Below, piece by piece: positions 61,192 to 64,000 of a stretch of DNA of 64,000 nt. The stretch comes from Nemertoderma westbladi. Taxonomy: Eukaryota > Animalia > Xenacoelomorpha. Numbering within the stretch: the stretch's first letter is position 1; the number at the start of each line of letters is the position of its first letter. The notes beneath the pieces are model-generated. The model was given only the letters and a program-made list of their open reading frames with translations. It had not been told where the DNA came from and searched no databases. The position numbers were made by a program, and so were the translations under genes. Location of the stretch: assembly GCA_032718475.1 (NCBI GenBank), contig JAUCBJ010000630.1:1-64000 (forward strand). Direction: 5' to 3'.

Positions 61192-61267
61192 ACAATTGCC
61201 TTTATTTTCGAATGATTGGACTGACGAAGACTTGGAGACAATATGTTTTGATGCTCAGCTTCAGGAA
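61192..61267 (+). CDS. CNBD gene exon 8 (start of second cNMP domain)
   Basis: TTTTCTCCCTAG|QLPLFSNDWTDEDLETICFDAQLQE|GTTAGT. Confidence 0.8.
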
Positions 61268-61409
61268 GTTAGTAACCCCAAGTATAGTGAGATAAATAAT
61301 CATTATTATCCCCATTTTTTATTATCATCTGTTGGTTGAGACAATACAATATTAGAGAGAATCTAACTGTACATTATGCCACCAAGCGGAATACGTTGGT
61401 ATGGCCTCT

Positions 61410-61697
61410 GGTGTATTCGATTGGTGTAGTGGTTGCATTGAATTCACATCTCCTGTAGGTCGTGGGTTCGATCCTCACATGGGCCAGGGCAGTTTTCGTT
61501 TCGGCACGAATGCTTTAAAGGGACCAGCCAGGGCGCATCTCTGCCTTGCATCCTTAAGTGGTAGCTAAATGAGTACTAGAGTTTCCTCTGGGGAGTAAAG
61601 TTCTGGGGGGACCGCACTGGAAATAAGTCGTCAGACTTTGTGCGTAATCCCTGGCCTAGCGGCCGAAGAAAATTTACTTTACTTTTACTTTACTTTG
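61410..61697 (+). mobile_element. tRNA-derived SINE
   Basis: A box TGGTGTAGTGG, B box GGTTCGATCC, central CCTTGCATCCTTAAGTGGTAGCTAAATGAGTAC, (TTTAC)n tail; second copy at 42445. Confidence 0.8.
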
Positions 61698-62869
61698 TCT
61701 AAAACATATAACGCAATTGAGCAAAAATATGCAATAAAGTGTTTCACAATTATGGATCATTGCAAAAACCCAGTTCTACCCTGCGGTATATGATGAGCGG
61801 CATCAATCACCCACCCCCCCCTCCCCCCCCCCCCCCCTAACTACAATCGTCCCCAATATTACATCATTTAGAAACATCTTGAGGCCATTAGTGAGAAGTT
61901 TGTACTGATATGGAGGATAGGTTTGGCGGCAAGATTGAACATTCAACTGAAATAATTAAATTTCCATAATTTTCGAAGTTTGCTGGATATATAATCTAAT
62001 GCTAATTATGTAAAGTAACAATTAATTTAATGTACATTGTTTCTTTCATGTTTGATAAAGCTACTTAAGTTTTAACTAATTGTTTTAAATACTACCTTTA
62101 AATATTATTTATTCCAAAATTGTAACATTACTCAACGCCGTTAGTATTAACAGCGAGTTGTTATTTAGCACTTTACAACTTTAGAGGACATTACAGCATT
62201 GTATTGGCCTGTACATTTAGTATTGTATTTGGTGTTATTGTTTACGTGGTAACCCATGACGGCGTTAAGTAATGTCCACTAAGGGGACATTACTTAACGC
62301 CGTCATTGGATACCACGTAAACAATAGGTGGAAATTTGCCTGACAGCCAGATAGGCCTACTGCATTACCTACCGGTAGGCGGGGTATAGCTAATAATAAC
62401 CAGTAGCTATAATTATTAACATGGCTCCAAACGCCACCATAAATATAAGCTAACTTATTTATAACATAATTTATGTCATTTTTACATTTATTTATACAGC
62501 AACTAATATAATTTGTGCAGTTTCTATCACTTATAATATATATGTACAATCATTTCGTAATGTTTAAATGTTGGAATAAAAACTACATACATACTTGTAT
62601 GCAAAGTGCTTTACAGTGTTCTGATCCTCGTGGCTTTATTTTCACTCACTCACTAACGGTCGTTCGTGTAATAAAGCAAAGCCACTCGGATCTTCACACT
62701 GTAAAGTGCTACTTTATACACACAAGTATGTATAAATAATTATTACAGGAAAAGATGCATGAAATTATTATTATATATTAAACAATTTCAGTGCGATATC
62801 GTACAATTCGCCCAGACTCATACTATTTTGTGTGTATCAAGAAAAAATAATAGGAAATTTATATTTTAG

Positions 62870-63065
62870 AGCAATGTCAACAAAATAGTTGTTATTGATT
62901 CTTCAACAGAAGATTCGATGTGTTTGTGCGCCGAGGGTAAATTTATTATTATAAAGATTCTCGTTTTACCGGTCAATGCGATGATCCGAAATGATGCTGA
63001 GTTGGAGGCGGATCTATTGGAACAGAGTCGGGATCTCGAGGCGTTATTGTTCGATATGGGACAAG
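62870..63065 (+). CDS. CNBD gene exon 9; gene continues beyond the window
   Basis: TTTTAG|SNVNKIVVIDSSTEDSMCLCAEGKFIIIK..LEALLFDMGQ, AAG|GTGAGA. Confidence 0.75.
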
Positions 63066-64000
63066 GTGAGAGTAGAGGCGTTATTGTTCGATATGGGACA
63101 AGGTGAGAGTAGAGGCGTTATGGTTCTATATGGGACAAGGTGAGAGTAGAGGCGTTATTGTTCGATATGGGACAAGGTGAGAGTAGAGGCCTTATTGTTC
63201 GATATGGGACAAGGTGAGAGTAGAGGCGTTATTGTTCGATATGGGACAAGGTGAGAGTAGAGGCGTTATTGTTCGATATGGGACATGGTGAGAGTAGAGG
63301 CCTTATTGTTCGATATGGGATAAGGTGAGAGTAGAGGCGTTATTGTTCGATATGGGACAAGGTGAGAGTAGAGGCCTTATTGTTCGATATAGGATAAGGT
63401 GAGAGTAGAGGCGTTATTGTTCGATATGGGACAAGGTGAGAGTAGAGGCGTTATTGTTCGATATGGTACAAGGTGAGAGTAGAGGCGTTATTGTTCGATA
63501 TGGGATAAGGTGAGAGTAGAGGCGTTATTGTTCGATATGGGACAAGGTGAGAGTGGGTTCGTTATTGTTCGATATGGGACAAGGTGAGAGTAGAGGCGTT
63601 ATTGTTCGATATGGGACAAGGTGAGAGTAGAGGCGTTATTGTTCGATATGGGACAAGGTGAGAGTGGGTGCGTTATTGTTCTTTGTGGGACAAGGTGAGA
63701 GTAGAGGCGTTATTGTTCGATATGTGACAAGGTGAGAGTAGAGGCCTTATTGTTCGATATGGGACAAGGTGAGAGTAGAGGCGTTATTGTTCGATATGGG
63801 ACAAGGTGAGAGTAGAGGCGTTATTGTTCGATATGGGACAAGGTGAGAGTAGAGGCCTTATTGTTCGATATAGGATAAGGTGAGAGTAGAGGCGTTATTG
63901 TTCGATATGGGACAAGGTGAGAGTAGAGGCGTTATTGTTCGATATGGGACAAGGTGAGAGTAGAGGCGTTATTGTTTGATATGGGACAAGGTGAGAGTAG
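63038..64000 (+). repeat. 37-bp minisatellite (~26 copies, runs off the window) spanning the exon-9 donor
   Basis: Unit GAGGCGTTATTGTTCGATATGGGACAAG|GTGAGAGTA. Confidence 0.97.

Overview
AT-rich, transposon-dense animal (invertebrate-like) genomic DNA; the species cannot be determined from sequence alone. Left third: an unusually long, decayed BEL/Pao LTR retrotransposon (5' LTR 2751-3918, gag-pol 5842-15596, truncated 3' LTR at 22043). It carries two nested non-autonomous elements and an extra ~3 kb non-env coding region with CCHC knuckles, and is followed by a diverged partial tandem copy whose accessory region has a different middle. Right half: a plus-strand, multi-exon cyclic-nucleotide-binding-domain gene (CNBD2-like; 9 phase-compatible exons, 31857 to >63065). 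Its putative 23 kb first intron holds a LINE with a nested solo LTR, an Academ remnant and a hAT element, several MITEs and an intact intronless SF3B5. The most striking pattern is that several unrelated minisatellites are each built from an exon-intron junction (donor or acceptor), giving tens of tandem splice sites. TA-based transposon excision footprints can also be seen directly. All coordinates and alignments were made by eye; no database searches were run.
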